Positions 10,077-20,296 of a stretch of DNA of 64,000 bases are shown in pieces; within the stretch, counting starts at the first letter, position 1, and each line of letters begins with the position of its first letter. Both the position numbers and the translations under genes were made by a program. The stretch is taken from contig OZ241869.1 of NCBI GenBank assembly GCA_965202805.1, positions 800,001-864,000 of the forward strand. Direction: 5' to 3'. The notes under the pieces are model-generated. The model saw only the letters and a program-made list of their open reading frames with translations. It did no database searches and was not told the origin of the DNA. The stretch comes from Longimicrobiales bacterium. GTDB lineage: Bacteria; Gemmatimonadota; Gemmatimonadetes; Longimicrobiales; Gaopeijiaceae.

Positions 10077-11917
10077 ATCAGTTCCAGATGCCCAATCCAG
10101 GGGCGTCCCAGCGCGCCCGCATCGCCATCATCGGACTCCTGACGCTCTTCGGAGTCCTCACCGTGGCCTTCTTCCGCCTTCAGGTGCTCGAGTCCAACAC
10201 GTACCAGCTTCGCTCGGACTCGAACCGGCTCCGTCCTTTTCCCATCGAAGCTCCGCGCGGCGCCGTCTTCGACCGAAACGGCCGGGTTGTTGCGAGCAGC
10301 GTTCCCGGTTATTCGCTGCACGTGTTCCCCTCGGCGACGTCCGGGGTCATGGAAGCCACGCTCGAACGCCTGCAATCGTACCTCGATCTGGACGATGGGA
10401 GGATCGAACTGCTGCTCGAACGCGCCCGACGCGAACCCTATCAGCCGCTTCTGGTGGAGGGCGATGCCGATTTCGATCTCGTCTCAACGCTCGAGGAGCA
10501 CCGCGCGGAGTTGCCGAACGTCGTGGTTCGGATGGATCCGAAGCGCCAATACCAGGCTGCGCGCGCGGTCTCCCACCTCATGGGGTATGTGGGCGAAGTC
10601 ACCGCGGAAGAACTGGAGCAGGAACAATACGCGGAGTACTCGCAGGGCATGACGGTGGGCAAGGAGGGGGTGGAGCGGCAGTACGAAGCCCGGCTTCAGG
10701 GGAAGCGGGGCCTGCGCTATTCGGAAGTGGACGCGCTGGGCCGGGTCGTCAGCTCTCCTTTCGGGCAGGTCATGGAGGCGCCCGAGCCCGGGGTGGATAT
10801 CCACCTGAATCTCGACCTGGATCTGATGGAGTGGATCCACCACATCTTCCCCGACTCCATGCGCGGTGCCGTGGTGGCGCTGGATGTCGAGGATGGCGGA
10901 GTGCTCGCGCTCTACTCGGCTCCGACCTTCGACCCCAACAGCTTCGTGGGAGGCATCGATCCCGACCAGTGGGCGTCTCTCAACAGCGACCCCGAACAGC
11001 CCCTCTTCAATCGCGCGGTCGTCGGGCGCTACGCCCCGGGGTCGACGTGGAAGCTCGCGGTCGCCGCGATCGGACTGGAGCTCGGCCTTGTGGAAGCGAA
11101 CGAATACATGCCGCGGGGGTGCACCGGAGGGATGTTCGTCGGCAACCGCAGGTACGGCTGCTGGTACGAAGCCGGTCACGGGGCGCTCGATCTCGTGGGG
11201 GCCATTCAGCACTCCTGCAACGTCTATTTCTACCAGCTGGGCCTCAGGATCGGGCTGGAGCGTCTCGTGGCCAACGCGAACGACATGGGCTTCGCGCGCC
11301 AGTGCGGCATCGACCTGCCCGGCGAGTCGCCGGGAGTGTTTCCGAGCGGTCTGGGCTTCTGGGAGGAACGGTTCGGTTACCGCGCGCGCGAAACGGAGGT
11401 ATTGTCGCTTTCGATCGGGCAGGGCCCCAACGACCAGACCCCCCTGGGGATCGCCCAGTTCTACCTCGCCATGGCCCAGGGAGGGCGGGCGCCCGCGCCG
11501 CGCATCCTGAGCGGGGAGGAGGAGGGCGATATCTGGGACATCGGGATTTCACCGGAGCACGGCGAGGTTCTGATAGAGGGCCTCAGGCGGGTCTTCATGC
11601 CGGGGGGCACGGGGTACAGGTCCTCGGTGGAGCACTGGGAGCTGATGGGCAAATCGGGCACCGCCCAGAACGCGCAGGATCCGGATCGCAGCCACGCGTG
11701 GTTCGCGGCCATCGCGGGTCCCCGGGGCGGAACTCCGGAGATCGTCGTGGTCGTGCTGGTGGAGCTCGGAGAGAGCGGATCCATCGTGGCGGCCCCAATC
11801 GCCGCGAAGTCGGCGGACTACTTCCTGCGCAAGCGCCACGGCATCCCCACCGACACCATCCAGACGCTGGGCGAACACCTCCTCACGGGCACGCCCGCGC
11901 CGTGGGCGAACCGGTGA
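10073..11917 (+). CDS. mrdA: penicillin-binding protein 2
   Basis: APRGAVFDRNG; SxxK (PGSTWK), SxN (SCNVYFY) and KSG motifs. Confidence 0.95.
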   Translation: MNQFQMPNPGASQRARIAIIGLLTLFGVLTVAFFRLQVLESNTYQLRSDSNRLRPFPIEAPRGAVFDRNGRVVASSVPGYSLHVFPSATSGVMEATLERLQSYLDLDDGRIELLLERARREPYQPLLVEGDADFDLVSTLEEHRAELPNVVVRMDPKRQYQAARAVSHLMGYVGEVTAEELEQEQYAEYSQGMTVGKEGVERQYEARLQGKRGLRYSEVDALGRVVSSPFGQVMEAPEPGVDIHLNLDLDLMEWIHHIFPDSMRGAVVALDVEDGGVLALYSAPTFDPNSFVGGIDPDQWASLNSDPEQPLFNRAVVGRYAPGSTWKLAVAAIGLELGLVEANEYMPRGCTGGMFVGNRRYGCWYEAGHGALDLVGAIQHSCNVYFYQLGLRIGLERLVANANDMGFARQCGIDLPGESPGVFPSGLGFWEERFGYRARETEVLSLSIGQGPNDQTPLGIAQFYLAMAQGGRAPAPRILSGEEEGDIWDIGISPEHGEVLIEGLRRVFMPGGTGYRSSVEHWELMGKSGTAQNAQDPDRSHAWFAAIAGPRGGTPEIVVVVLVELGESGSIVAAPIAAKSADYFLRKRHGIPTDTIQTLGEHLLTGTPAPWANR

Positions 11918-11921
11918 GGCT

Positions 11922-13202
11922 GTGCGTCCCGTCGGAGCTCATTCCTTGAAGGCCCTGTTTTCGCGGTGGGCCCTCGACCGCGGCTTCGTCTTCGCCCTGC
12001 TCGCGCTCTCCGCCTTCGGTGTGGCGATGATCTATTCGACGGGCGAACTCAACGTACCGAGCCCCGTCGTCGAAGGCGCCTGGATCCGGCAACTGGTCTG
12101 GTTCGTCCTCGGACTGACGGCCTTCACCGTCCTTACCCGCATCTCCAACAACTGGATCGAGTGGGTTGCGGTGCCCGCCTATGTCCTGGCGGTGGTTCTG
12201 CTGGCCGTCACGCTGGTCGTGGGCACCGGCCGCGGCACGGCGGCCGGAGTGACCAGCTTCCTGCAGTTCGGCGGCTTTCAGTTCCAGCCGGCGGAGGTCG
12301 CCAAGATTGCGACCATCCTGGCCCTGGCGCGCCTCATGGCGTCCCGCCTGGAAGGGTCCGGACACGGTTCCCGCAGATCATGGCAGTTGACCGACGTGAT
12401 CGCGCCGAGCGCGCTGGTGGGGCTCCCTCTTCTCCTGGTCCTGCTCCAGCCGGATCTCGGGACCGCGATGGCCTTTGTGGGCATCCTGATAGCGGTGCTC
12501 TTCTGGTCCGGGATTCCGCTGACCTATCTGTTCCTGCTGGTGAGCCCGGCCATCGCGCTGGTCGTCTCGTTCAACACCTGGCTGTTCTCGGCGTACATGG
12601 TGGCGCTCATCGGGCTGCTCTATCTGCGTCGCTCGCGCCTCTACACCTTCGAGTACGTGGCGGTGCTGGTGCTCAATCTGGCCGTCGGCACGGTCGCGCG
12701 GCTCCTCTGGGACTCCCTGGCCCCCTACCAGCAGAACCGGGTGCTGGTGTTTCTGGATCCGAGTCTCGATCCACGGCAGGCGGGCTACCACCTGGTCCAG
12801 TCCAAGGTCGCCATCGGCAGCGGCGGGCTGACCGGCAAGGGGTTTACGCTGGGCACCCAGAAGCGTTTCAACTTCCTGCCCGAGCAGCACACCGATTTCA
12901 TCTTCGCGGTCATCGGAGAGGAGTTCGGCTTCGTGGGCACGCTGCTGATCCTGTCCGGCTTCGCCTATGTCCTGCTCCGACTCGTCCGCATGGCGACCGG
13001 AGCCGGCAGTCACTTTGCAAGCTTTGTCCTCTTCGGTATCTTCGGCGCCTGGATTACGCACGTCTTCGTGAACACCGGAATGACCGTCGGGTTGGTCCCC
13101 GTCACCGGCATCCCCCTTCCGTTCATCAGCTACGGGGGTTCCTTTCTGCTGATGTGCTGGGTGGCCGCGGCGCTCGCCGTGCGCGTCGCCCAGCGGGACT
13201 GA
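11922..13202 (+). CDS. rodA: SEDS family peptidoglycan glycosyltransferase RodA
   Basis: FQPAEVAK, QPDLGT, FLPEQHTDFIFAVIGEE and GIPLPFISYGGS motifs; follows mrdA. Confidence 0.95.
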   Translation: MRPVGAHSLKALFSRWALDRGFVFALLALSAFGVAMIYSTGELNVPSPVVEGAWIRQLVWFVLGLTAFTVLTRISNNWIEWVAVPAYVLAVVLLAVTLVVGTGRGTAAGVTSFLQFGGFQFQPAEVAKIATILALARLMASRLEGSGHGSRRSWQLTDVIAPSALVGLPLLLVLLQPDLGTAMAFVGILIAVLFWSGIPLTYLFLLVSPAIALVVSFNTWLFSAYMVALIGLLYLRRSRLYTFEYVAVLVLNLAVGTVARLLWDSLAPYQQNRVLVFLDPSLDPRQAGYHLVQSKVAIGSGGLTGKGFTLGTQKRFNFLPEQHTDFIFAVIGEEFGFVGTLLILSGFAYVLLRLVRMATGAGSHFASFVLFGIFGAWITHVFVNTGMTVGLVPVTGIPLPFISYGGSFLLMCWVAAALAVRVAQRD

Positions 13203-13256
13203 AGGGCTGCGCCGTCCGCCCGGTCAACCCGCGAGCAACGCCGACTGGAGCAAGCC

Positions 13257-14114
13257 ATGGCCTGGTTCAACAAGCCCAAGAAGCCGTTGCGCGCACAGGA
13301 CCGGCGGGATGTTCCGAGCGATGTCTTCAGGAAATGTCCGAGCTGCGGTGCCATCCTCTATCGCGAGAAGCTCACCCAGAATCTCTCCGTGTGCCCGGAG
13401 TGCGGGTTCCACTTCAGGTTCGGGGCCTCGGACTATCTGAGGCTGCTGATGGACGAAGGAGCCTTCAGCGAGGAGCACGCGGGGCTGGCGAGCGCCGATC
13501 CATTGGGCTTCGTCGACTCGAAGCCGTACACCGCCCGCGTGCAGGTGGCCGAACAGCGTGCGGGACGGCCGGAGGCCATGGTTGTGGGTTCGGGCAGGCT
13601 GGATGGCATCCCGGTGTCGCTGGCGGTGATGGACTTTTCCTTCATCGGAGGATCGATGGGATCGGTGGTCGGGGAGAAGCTGGCCCGCATCATCGACAGG
13701 TCGCTGCGCGAACAGGTGCCCCTGGTCGTCGTGAGCGCCTCCGGGGGAGCTCGCATGCAGGAGGGAATCCTGTCGCTGATGCAGATGGCGAAGACGGCGA
13801 CGCTGCTGGCGAGGCTGCACGAGGCCGGTCTGCCCCACATATCCATCCTCACCAATCCGACGGCGGGCGGGGTGACCGCCTCATACGCCATGCTGGGCGA
13901 CGTCAACCTCGCGGAACCCGACGCCTTCATCGGGTTCGCGGGGCCTCGCGTGATCGAGGAGACGATCCGGCAGGAGCTTCCGGACGGGTTCCAGAGATCC
14001 GAGTTTCTTCTCGAGCACGGCATGCTCGACTGCGTGGTGCCGCGCAAGGAGTTGAAGGCCACGGTGGCACTTCTGCTGCGGCACATGTGGGCGGGGTGGA
14101 AGCCCCAGGGCTGA
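13257..14114 (+). CDS. accD: acetyl-CoA carboxylase carboxyltransferase beta subunit
   Basis: Zinc ribbon CPSC...CPEC; GGSMGSVVGEK, SGGARMQEG and FAGPRVIE motifs. Confidence 0.97.
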   Translation: MAWFNKPKKPLRAQDRRDVPSDVFRKCPSCGAILYREKLTQNLSVCPECGFHFRFGASDYLRLLMDEGAFSEEHAGLASADPLGFVDSKPYTARVQVAEQRAGRPEAMVVGSGRLDGIPVSLAVMDFSFIGGSMGSVVGEKLARIIDRSLREQVPLVVVSASGGARMQEGILSLMQMAKTATLLARLHEAGLPHISILTNPTAGGVTASYAMLGDVNLAEPDAFIGFAGPRVIEETIRQELPDGFQRSEFLLEHGMLDCVVPRKELKATVALLLRHMWAGWKPQG

Positions 14115-14127
14115 GGCCCGCCGGCGC

Positions 14128-15462
14128 GTGGCCCCACACGCCCCGGAGATTTTGGCCTTGAAGGCCGGAGCTCCCGCGACGCACGAACTGTTCCCGCGGC
14201 TGGGGCATGGCGTCAAATGGGGTCTCGAGCGAACCCGGTCCCTGCTTGCAGCCCTGGGGGAGCCACAGCTCGCCTGTCCGTCGATCCACATCGGCGGGAC
14301 CAACGGCAAGGGGTCGGTTGCGGCGATGTGCGCCGGGGTATTGCGGGAGGCCGGCCTGCGCACCGGGCTCTACACCTCCCCCCACCTGTGTGACTTCCGC
14401 GAACGCATCCAGGTCGACGGCCGCCCGGTGGCGTCCGAGCCCATGACCCGGGTGGCGGCCGGGCTGCACGCGGCCGTCGACCGGATCGGGCCCACCTTCT
14501 TCGAAGCGACCACCGCCCTGGCGTTCGGTGTATTCGCCGAGGAGGGAGTCGACATCGCAGTGGTGGAGGTCGGGCTGGGCGGACGTCTCGACGCGACCAA
14601 CGTGATCGTTCCGGCAGTGACCTGCATCACCAACGTGTCACTCGACCACGCCGACTACCTGGGCGCCACCGTGGAGGACATAGCCCGGGAGAAGGCCGGG
14701 ATCATCAAGCCGGACGTTCCGGTCCATACGAGCGAGACCGGCGGGTCTGTCCTGGGCATTCTGAGGGGCCGGGCGACGAAGGCCGGCGCTCCCTTCCTCG
14801 CGCTCGATCCGGTCCGGGATGTGCGAAACCTGGAGCTCTCGGGGGCGTGCACGAGCTTCTGCATGTCCTCCGCCGCCTGGGGAGAACTCGAGTTGTCGGT
14901 GCCGTTGGCCGGTGGGCACCAGGCGGCCAACGCGGCTCTCGCGGTCCGGGCGCTGGAATCGCTTCCAAAGGAGCTGCGGCCCGCCCGACAGGCGGTGGTG
15001 CGGGGCCTGGCACGGGTGAGCTGGCCGGGTCGGGTGCAGCTGGTGGCGCAAGGCGGCGTAACCTGGGTCTTCGACGTGGCCCACAACGTCGCCGGAATGG
15101 AAACGCTCGCCACCACCCTGCGGTCAATCGGGCCGCCGCGGCCGATCGTGGTGCTGGCCGGCATCCTGGGGGACAAGGACTGGGGCGGCATGCTGCCGGG
15201 CCTCCTCTCGATTTCCGATGCAGCCGTCCTCACCCAGCCTCCTTCCGCGCCAGGGGAACGAAGGTGGAAGCCCCGGCAGGTGGCGGCTGCGCTCGCACCA
15301 CGGTTCACGCCCGAGGTGGAAGCGGACTTCGGCCTCGCCCTGGCCAGAGTGTCCGAGCGGGCGGACGGCGGCACGGCGGTGGTCACGGGATCCTGCCACA
15401 CGGTCGGCAGCGCCCTCGGTGAGCTGGGCATCCAGCCGTTCCCGACGTTTTCCCCGGTTTGA
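14128..15462 (+). CDS. folC: folylpolyglutamate synthase / dihydrofolate synthase
   Basis: GTNGKGS, YTSPHL, EVGLGGRLDATN and DVAHN motifs; follows accD. Confidence 0.95.
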   Translation: MAPHAPEILALKAGAPATHELFPRLGHGVKWGLERTRSLLAALGEPQLACPSIHIGGTNGKGSVAAMCAGVLREAGLRTGLYTSPHLCDFRERIQVDGRPVASEPMTRVAAGLHAAVDRIGPTFFEATTALAFGVFAEEGVDIAVVEVGLGGRLDATNVIVPAVTCITNVSLDHADYLGATVEDIAREKAGIIKPDVPVHTSETGGSVLGILRGRATKAGAPFLALDPVRDVRNLELSGACTSFCMSSAAWGELELSVPLAGGHQAANAALAVRALESLPKELRPARQAVVRGLARVSWPGRVQLVAQGGVTWVFDVAHNVAGMETLATTLRSIGPPRPIVVLAGILGDKDWGGMLPGLLSISDAAVLTQPPSAPGERRWKPRQVAAALAPRFTPEVEADFGLALARVSERADGGTAVVTGSCHTVGSALGELGIQPFPTFSPV

Positions 15463-15486
15463 CGCGTCGGGCCAAGCGCATAGATT
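15459..15486 (+). promoter_or_regulatory. putative sigma70 promoter of hisS (probably leaderless transcript)
   Basis: TTGACG-N16-TAGATT ending 7 nt before the hisS ATG. Confidence 0.55.
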
Positions 15487-15493
15487 CGCCGCC

Positions 15494-16798
15494 ATGCCAA
15501 AAAACAGAAATTTCCCCAGGCTTCCGGGTTTTCGAGACTTCGCACCGGAGGCTCTGGCCGAGCGGGAGCACGTGTTCGGAAGCTGGCGCAGCGTGGCGCG
15601 CCGCTACGGCTTCCAGGAATACGACGGGCCTCCGCTGGAACCGCTGGAACTCTACCGGGAAAAGAGCGGCGACGAGATCGTCGGGCAGCTGTACGCCTTC
15701 GTGGACAAGGGGGGGCGGGAGGTATCGCTGCGCCCCGAAATGACGCCGTCGCTCGCGCGCATGCTCGGTGAGCGCAGCCGGGCCATGGCCAAGCCGATCC
15801 GCTGGTTCTCGATTCCGCAGCTGTTTCGCTACGAACGGCAGCAGCGGGGGCGTCTGCGCGAGCACTTCCAGCTGAATGTCGACATCCTCGGCGAAGCCGG
15901 GACGGGCGCGGACGCCGAAGTCCTGGCGGTGGCGGTAGACTCCCTTCGCGCATTGGGCCTGGGGCCCGACGATTTCGTGGCGCGCGTCTCGGATCGCCGT
16001 CTCTTGTCAGCGGTTCTTGCCGCGCTGGGCGTGCCGGAGGACCGAATGCCCGCCACCTTCAGCGACATAGACAAGTACGAACGGGTGGGCGCGGACGCGA
16101 CGCGCGACCGTTTGCAGGCGTCCGCCGGGCTGGCTGGCCGGCAGGTCGATTCGCTTCTGGAGATCCTGGACGGTGCCGGGCTCGATGTGGTCGAGGACCT
16201 GCTCGGCGAACGTGAAGCGGTGGGCGCCAGCCTCGACGAACTGCGCCGCTACCGGGCCGACCTTACGGCGATGGGGCTGGAGCCCTTCCTGCGCTTCGAC
16301 CTGCGCATCGTCCGCGGCCTGGCGTATTACACCGGAATCGTGTTCGAACTCTTCGACCGGAAGGGCAAGCTGCGCGCCATCTGCGGGGGAGGCCGCTACG
16401 ACCAGCTGCTCGAGCGGGTCGGCGGCGAGCCCCTCCCCGCGGTGGGGTTCGGAATGGGGGATGTGGTGCTGACCGAGTTGCTGCGCGACAGGGCACTGCT
16501 CCCCGAGGCCACCCCGTCGCTGGACTGGTTCATCGCCTGCGTATCGCCGGCTCAGCGTCTTCTGGGACGGGAAATCGCGCATTTCCTGCGGGAGGCGGGA
16601 TCGACCGTCGCCTATGCGCTCGAGCAACGTCCGGTGCGCAAGCAGCTCGCCATGGCCGCCAGGCAGGGAGCCCGCAAGGTCATCCTTCTGGGCCCGGACG
16701 AGACGGCGAAGGGGGTGGCGGTGATCCGCGACATGGCGCACGGCACCCAGCACGAGGTCTCGCTTGCCGACCTGCGTCAAGGCAGGCCGGCATCATGA
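15494..16798 (+). CDS. hisS: histidine--tRNA ligase
   Basis: LPGFRDF, LRPEMTPSLAR, FRYERQQRGRLREHFQ, VRGLAYYTG and GGGRYD motifs. Confidence 0.97.
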   Translation: MPKNRNFPRLPGFRDFAPEALAEREHVFGSWRSVARRYGFQEYDGPPLEPLELYREKSGDEIVGQLYAFVDKGGREVSLRPEMTPSLARMLGERSRAMAKPIRWFSIPQLFRYERQQRGRLREHFQLNVDILGEAGTGADAEVLAVAVDSLRALGLGPDDFVARVSDRRLLSAVLAALGVPEDRMPATFSDIDKYERVGADATRDRLQASAGLAGRQVDSLLEILDGAGLDVVEDLLGEREAVGASLDELRRYRADLTAMGLEPFLRFDLRIVRGLAYYTGIVFELFDRKGKLRAICGGGRYDQLLERVGGEPLPAVGFGMGDVVLTELLRDRALLPEATPSLDWFIACVSPAQRLLGREIAHFLREAGSTVAYALEQRPVRKQLAMAARQGARKVILLGPDETAKGVAVIRDMAHGTQHEVSLADLRQGRPAS

Positions 16799-17304
16799 CC
16801 ATGCGCCGGGCCGGCCGGCGGCGGCCGTCGAGGATCCTCGCCTCGTCCGTGGCCTGCCTTTGCGCCGGAGCCTGTTCTCCCGACCGCCCACCCGAGGCGC
16901 GAGAAGACGCGGCACCCGCTTCCGTGCCATCCGCGGCCCGTTCATCCTTCGCCGCCGACGACGCCGAGGCGGTCTCCCTCATCCTCTTCGACGAAGTCCC
17001 GGATCCGGTGCTGGAACGCCGGCTGACCCTGCACCTGCTCGCCCCGGAGCCCGGCGGACGCGCGGAATTCAGCCGCACCCTGCGGGAGTTGCTGCCCGAC
17101 CGGGCCGCCCGCGATTCGACCCTGGTGGCGATTCGCGCGATCGTCTATCAGGCGGCCGTGCCGCCGGGAACGAGCGAGGGGAACCTGGTGCCGGTGGCCT
17201 GGGGCGAATGGATTCCGCTGGAAGGGTGGTACGGCGAGGTCGGGACAGGGCGGGGAACCGGCCACCGGGTCTACTTCTACCATGGAGCGCCCCCGGAATG
17301 GTAG
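16795..17304 (+). CDS. hypothetical lipoprotein
   Basis: Basic N-terminus with lipobox-like CAGAC; ATGA overlap with hisS. Confidence 0.65.
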   Translation: MTMRRAGRRRPSRILASSVACLCAGACSPDRPPEAREDAAPASVPSAARSSFAADDAEAVSLILFDEVPDPVLERRLTLHLLAPEPGGRAEFSRTLRELLPDRAARDSTLVAIRAIVYQAAVPPGTSEGNLVPVAWGEWIPLEGWYGEVGTGRGTGHRVYFYHGAPPEW

Positions 17305-17588
17305 CCGACGGCAGCAGGGAAGTGCGCAAGGACATGGCCCGCGCCGTGCGCCGACTCAACATCCTCGAATACTTCATTCTGGCCGCCGCCGCGGCCATGT
17401 CCCTGGGCGGAGGCGCGCTGGTGGCGCTGCTCCTGAACGAGTTGACGGGCGCGCCCTTCCGGATATCGTGGTTTGTCTCCTCGCTCCTGCTCTTCAGCGT
17501 GCCCGGCTTCTTCGTATTCCGCCGAGAGAGCAGGCGCGATCCTCCCCGCGGCGCCGCGGGCCACCCCCAGGATCAGACAAATGGCTGA
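17298..17588 (+). CDS. small hypothetical membrane protein (2 TM segments)
   Basis: LEYFILAAAAAMSLGGGALVALLL and WFVSSLLLFSVPG hydrophobic segments; fills the gap before proS. Confidence 0.7.
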   Translation: MVADGSREVRKDMARAVRRLNILEYFILAAAAAMSLGGGALVALLLNELTGAPFRISWFVSSLLLFSVPGFFVFRRESRRDPPRGAAGHPQDQTNG

Positions 17589-19041
17589 CGACAAGCGCCT
17601 GACGCCCCGGAGCGAGAGCTTCTCGGCCTGGTACAACGATGCGGTTCAACGCGCGGAGCTCGCCGACTATTCGCCGGTACGCGGATGCATGGTCATCCGT
17701 CCCTGGGGATACGCGATCTGGGAACTGATGCAGCAGGGACTGGACGGTCTCTTCAAGGAGACCGGTCACGAAAACGCGTATTTCCCCCTGCTCATTCCGA
17801 TGAGCTTCATCGAGCGCGAAAAGGAGCACGTCGAGGGCTTCAAGCCGGAGCTCGCGGTGGTGAGCCATGCCGGCGGCAAGGAACTCGAGGAGCCCTATGT
17901 CGTGCGCCCGACCTCCGAGACCATCATCTACTCGATGTACGCCAAGTGGGTGCAGAGCTACCGCGACCTGCCCCTCCTGCTGAACCAGTGGTGCAACGTG
18001 ATGCGCTGGGAGCTGCGCACCCGGCTCTTCCTGCGCACCTCGGAATTCCTCTGGCAGGAGGGACACACCGCGCATGCGACGCAGAAGGAGGCCGAGGAGG
18101 AGGCCCGGCGCATGCTGGGTGTGTACCGGAAGTTCCAGGAGGACTGGATCGCGATGCCCCCGGTCAGCGGGCTCAAGAGCGACTCGGAGAAGTTCGCGGG
18201 CGCAGTGCGAAGCTATTCCGTGGAAGCGCTGATGCAGGACAATCGCGCGCTTCAGGCGGGAACCTCGCACTTCCTGGGCCAGAATTTCTCGCGCCAGTTC
18301 GGCCTCACCTTCCAGAGCGAGGCGGGGCGGGAGGAATACGCCTGGAATACGTCGTGGGGCGTTTCCACGCGCATGGTCGGGGGCATGGTGATGACTCACG
18401 GCGACGACAACGGGATCGTCGTGCCGCCGCGGATCGCTCCGGCCCAGGTCGTGGTGGTGCCCATATGGCGCACGGACGCGCAGCGCGCGCTGGTGCTGGG
18501 AGAAGCCGACCGCTTCCGCGACCAGCTGGTCTCGGCAGGGCTGCGTGTGCGGATCGACGCCCGCGACCACCTCAACCCGGGTGCCAAGTTCTACGAGTGG
18601 GAGCGCAAGGGCGTCCCCTTCCGGGCCGAGATCGGGCCTCGCGATGTGGCGAAGGGACAGGTGGTGCTGGCCCGGCGGGTGCCGTTTCCGGACGGGAAGC
18701 GCAAGCGCTTCCTGGCGCGCGAGGAGGCGCTGGCCACGCTGCCCGCGCTGCTCGACGCATTCCACGAGGACCTGCTCGAGGGCGCCCGCGCGCGCCGGGA
18801 GGCCAACTCCCACCGGGGAATCTCGGATATCGGCGAACTGAATGAGATTCTGGAGGGTGGGGGTGGCCTGGCGTACACCGGCTGGAGCGGCGACCCCGAC
18901 GTGGAGGAGAAGGTCAAGCAGGCCACGAAGGCCACGATCCGGGTGATCCCCGACGACGAGTTCGCGTCGTCCAGCCGGCCGTCGCGGTGCATCGGCGGCG
19001 GCGCTGCCGCAATGGAGGTGGCGTGGGCGCGGGCATACTGA
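17581..19041 (+). CDS. proS: proline--tRNA ligase (archaeal/eukaryote-like type, no INS editing domain)
   Basis: VRGCMVIRPWG, VRPTSET, FLRTSEFLWQEGHT, QAGTSHFLGQNFS and C-terminal ARAY. Confidence 0.97.
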   Translation: MADDKRLTPRSESFSAWYNDAVQRAELADYSPVRGCMVIRPWGYAIWELMQQGLDGLFKETGHENAYFPLLIPMSFIEREKEHVEGFKPELAVVSHAGGKELEEPYVVRPTSETIIYSMYAKWVQSYRDLPLLLNQWCNVMRWELRTRLFLRTSEFLWQEGHTAHATQKEAEEEARRMLGVYRKFQEDWIAMPPVSGLKSDSEKFAGAVRSYSVEALMQDNRALQAGTSHFLGQNFSRQFGLTFQSEAGREEYAWNTSWGVSTRMVGGMVMTHGDDNGIVVPPRIAPAQVVVVPIWRTDAQRALVLGEADRFRDQLVSAGLRVRIDARDHLNPGAKFYEWERKGVPFRAEIGPRDVAKGQVVLARRVPFPDGKRKRFLAREEALATLPALLDAFHEDLLEGARARREANSHRGISDIGELNEILEGGGGLAYTGWSGDPDVEEKVKQATKATIRVIPDDEFASSSRPSRCIGGGAAAMEVAWARAY

Positions 19042-19042
19042 G

Positions 19043-20296
19043 GTGACCTCGCCGGCTCGCCCGGATGGCGTGCTCCACTGCGGACGGTTCGCCCTCGACG
19101 ACATTGCTGCCCGCTTCGGAACCCCGCTCTACCTCTACGATGGCGCCCTGCTGGAACAGAGATATCGCACCTTCAGGGCCGCCTTCCCGGGCGTCCGCCT
19201 GCTTGTCGCGTATTCGGTCAAGGCCAACGGAAACCTGGCGCTCCTCAACCGCCTGGCCCGACTCGGTTCCGGTGCCGACATCGTGAGCGGGGGCGAACTG
19301 GCGCGTGCGCTCAAGGCGGGGATTCCGGCGGAGCGGATCGTCTTCGCCGGCGCAGGCAAGAGCGAGGAGGAGCTGGAAGCCGGGCTCGATGCCGGCATCT
19401 ACGGCTTCAACGTCGAGGGCCGGGAGGAGCTGCGGCTGCTCGAGCGAATCGCGGCCCGGCGGGGTGTCCGGGCCCGAATCGCGCTGCGCGTGAACCTGGA
19501 CATCGCCTCGCCCACGCCCCACGAGTACACGCGCACGGGGCACGCCGGCACCAAGTTCGGCATTCCCGTCGGCGAAGTGATGGACCTCTATCGCCGGGCG
19601 GCCTCGCGGGCGGCGCTTCAGGTCGCCGGAATCGCGGTGCACATCGGGTCGCAGATCGTCGACACGGCACCGTACGAGCGCGCCGCACGCGAGATCTTCG
19701 CCCTGGAGCGGGCGCTTTCGGACGAAGGGATCCCGCTCGAGTACGTCGATCTGGGGGGTGGATTCGGGGTCGCGTACGGAGACGAACCCGAAATCGATCT
19801 CGCCCGTCTTGCAGGGGCGGTCCTGCCGGCCGTAATCGAGCGCGGGCTCCGGCTGGTGCTGGAGCCGGGTCGCTTCATCGTCGGCGAAGCCGGGACGCTC
19901 ATCGTGCGCGTGCTGTACCTGAAGCGCTCCGGGAACAAGACCTTTGTGATCACCGACGGGGGCATGACCGAGCTGCTGCGCCCCAGCCACTACGGCGGCT
20001 ATCATCAGATCGAGCCGGTGCGCAAGCGTCCGGACGCCGCAGTCGTGGTGAGCGATGTGGTGGGTCCCGTGTGCGAGGACGGCGATTTTCTCGCCCGCGA
20101 CCGCGCGATCGAACTGCCATGCGCAGGCGACCTGATGGCGGTGAGGACCGCCGGGGCCTACGGTTTCGCCATGGCCTCGAACTACAACAGCCGCCTGCGT
20201 CCGGCGGAAGTGCTGGTTGCCGACGGCGGACTGCATCTGATCCGCGAACGGGAGACCATCGCCGACCTCGTTCGCGGGGAGAGGATCCCGTCATGA
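19043..20296 (+). CDS. lysA: diaminopimelate decarboxylase
   Basis: [14 protein letters not shown] (PLP lysine), [21 protein letters not shown] and MASNYN motifs. Confidence 0.96.
   Translation: MTSPARPDGVLHCGRFALDDIAARFGTPLYLYDGALLEQRYRTFRAAFPGVRLLVAYSVKANGNLALLNRLARLGSGADIVSGGELARALKAGIPAERIVFAGAGKSEEELEAGLDAGIYGFNVEGREELRLLERIAARRGVRARIALRVNLDIASPTPHEYTRTGHAGTKFGIPVGEVMDLYRRAASRAALQVAGIAVHIGSQIVDTAPYERAAREIFALERALSDEGIPLEYVDLGGGFGVAYGDEPEIDLARLAGAVLPAVIERGLRLVLEPGRFIVGEAGTLIVRVLYLKRSGNKTFVITDGGMTELLRPSHYGGYHQIEPVRKRPDAAVVVSDVVGPVCEDGDFLARDRAIELPCAGDLMAVRTAGAYGFAMASNYNSRLRPAEVLVADGGLHLIRERETIADLVRGERIPS

Noticed and set aside
17581..19041. Archaeal/eukaryote-type ProRS as evidence of horizontal transfer
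   Set aside because: This ProRS type is common in several bacterial phyla, and codon usage matches the host.
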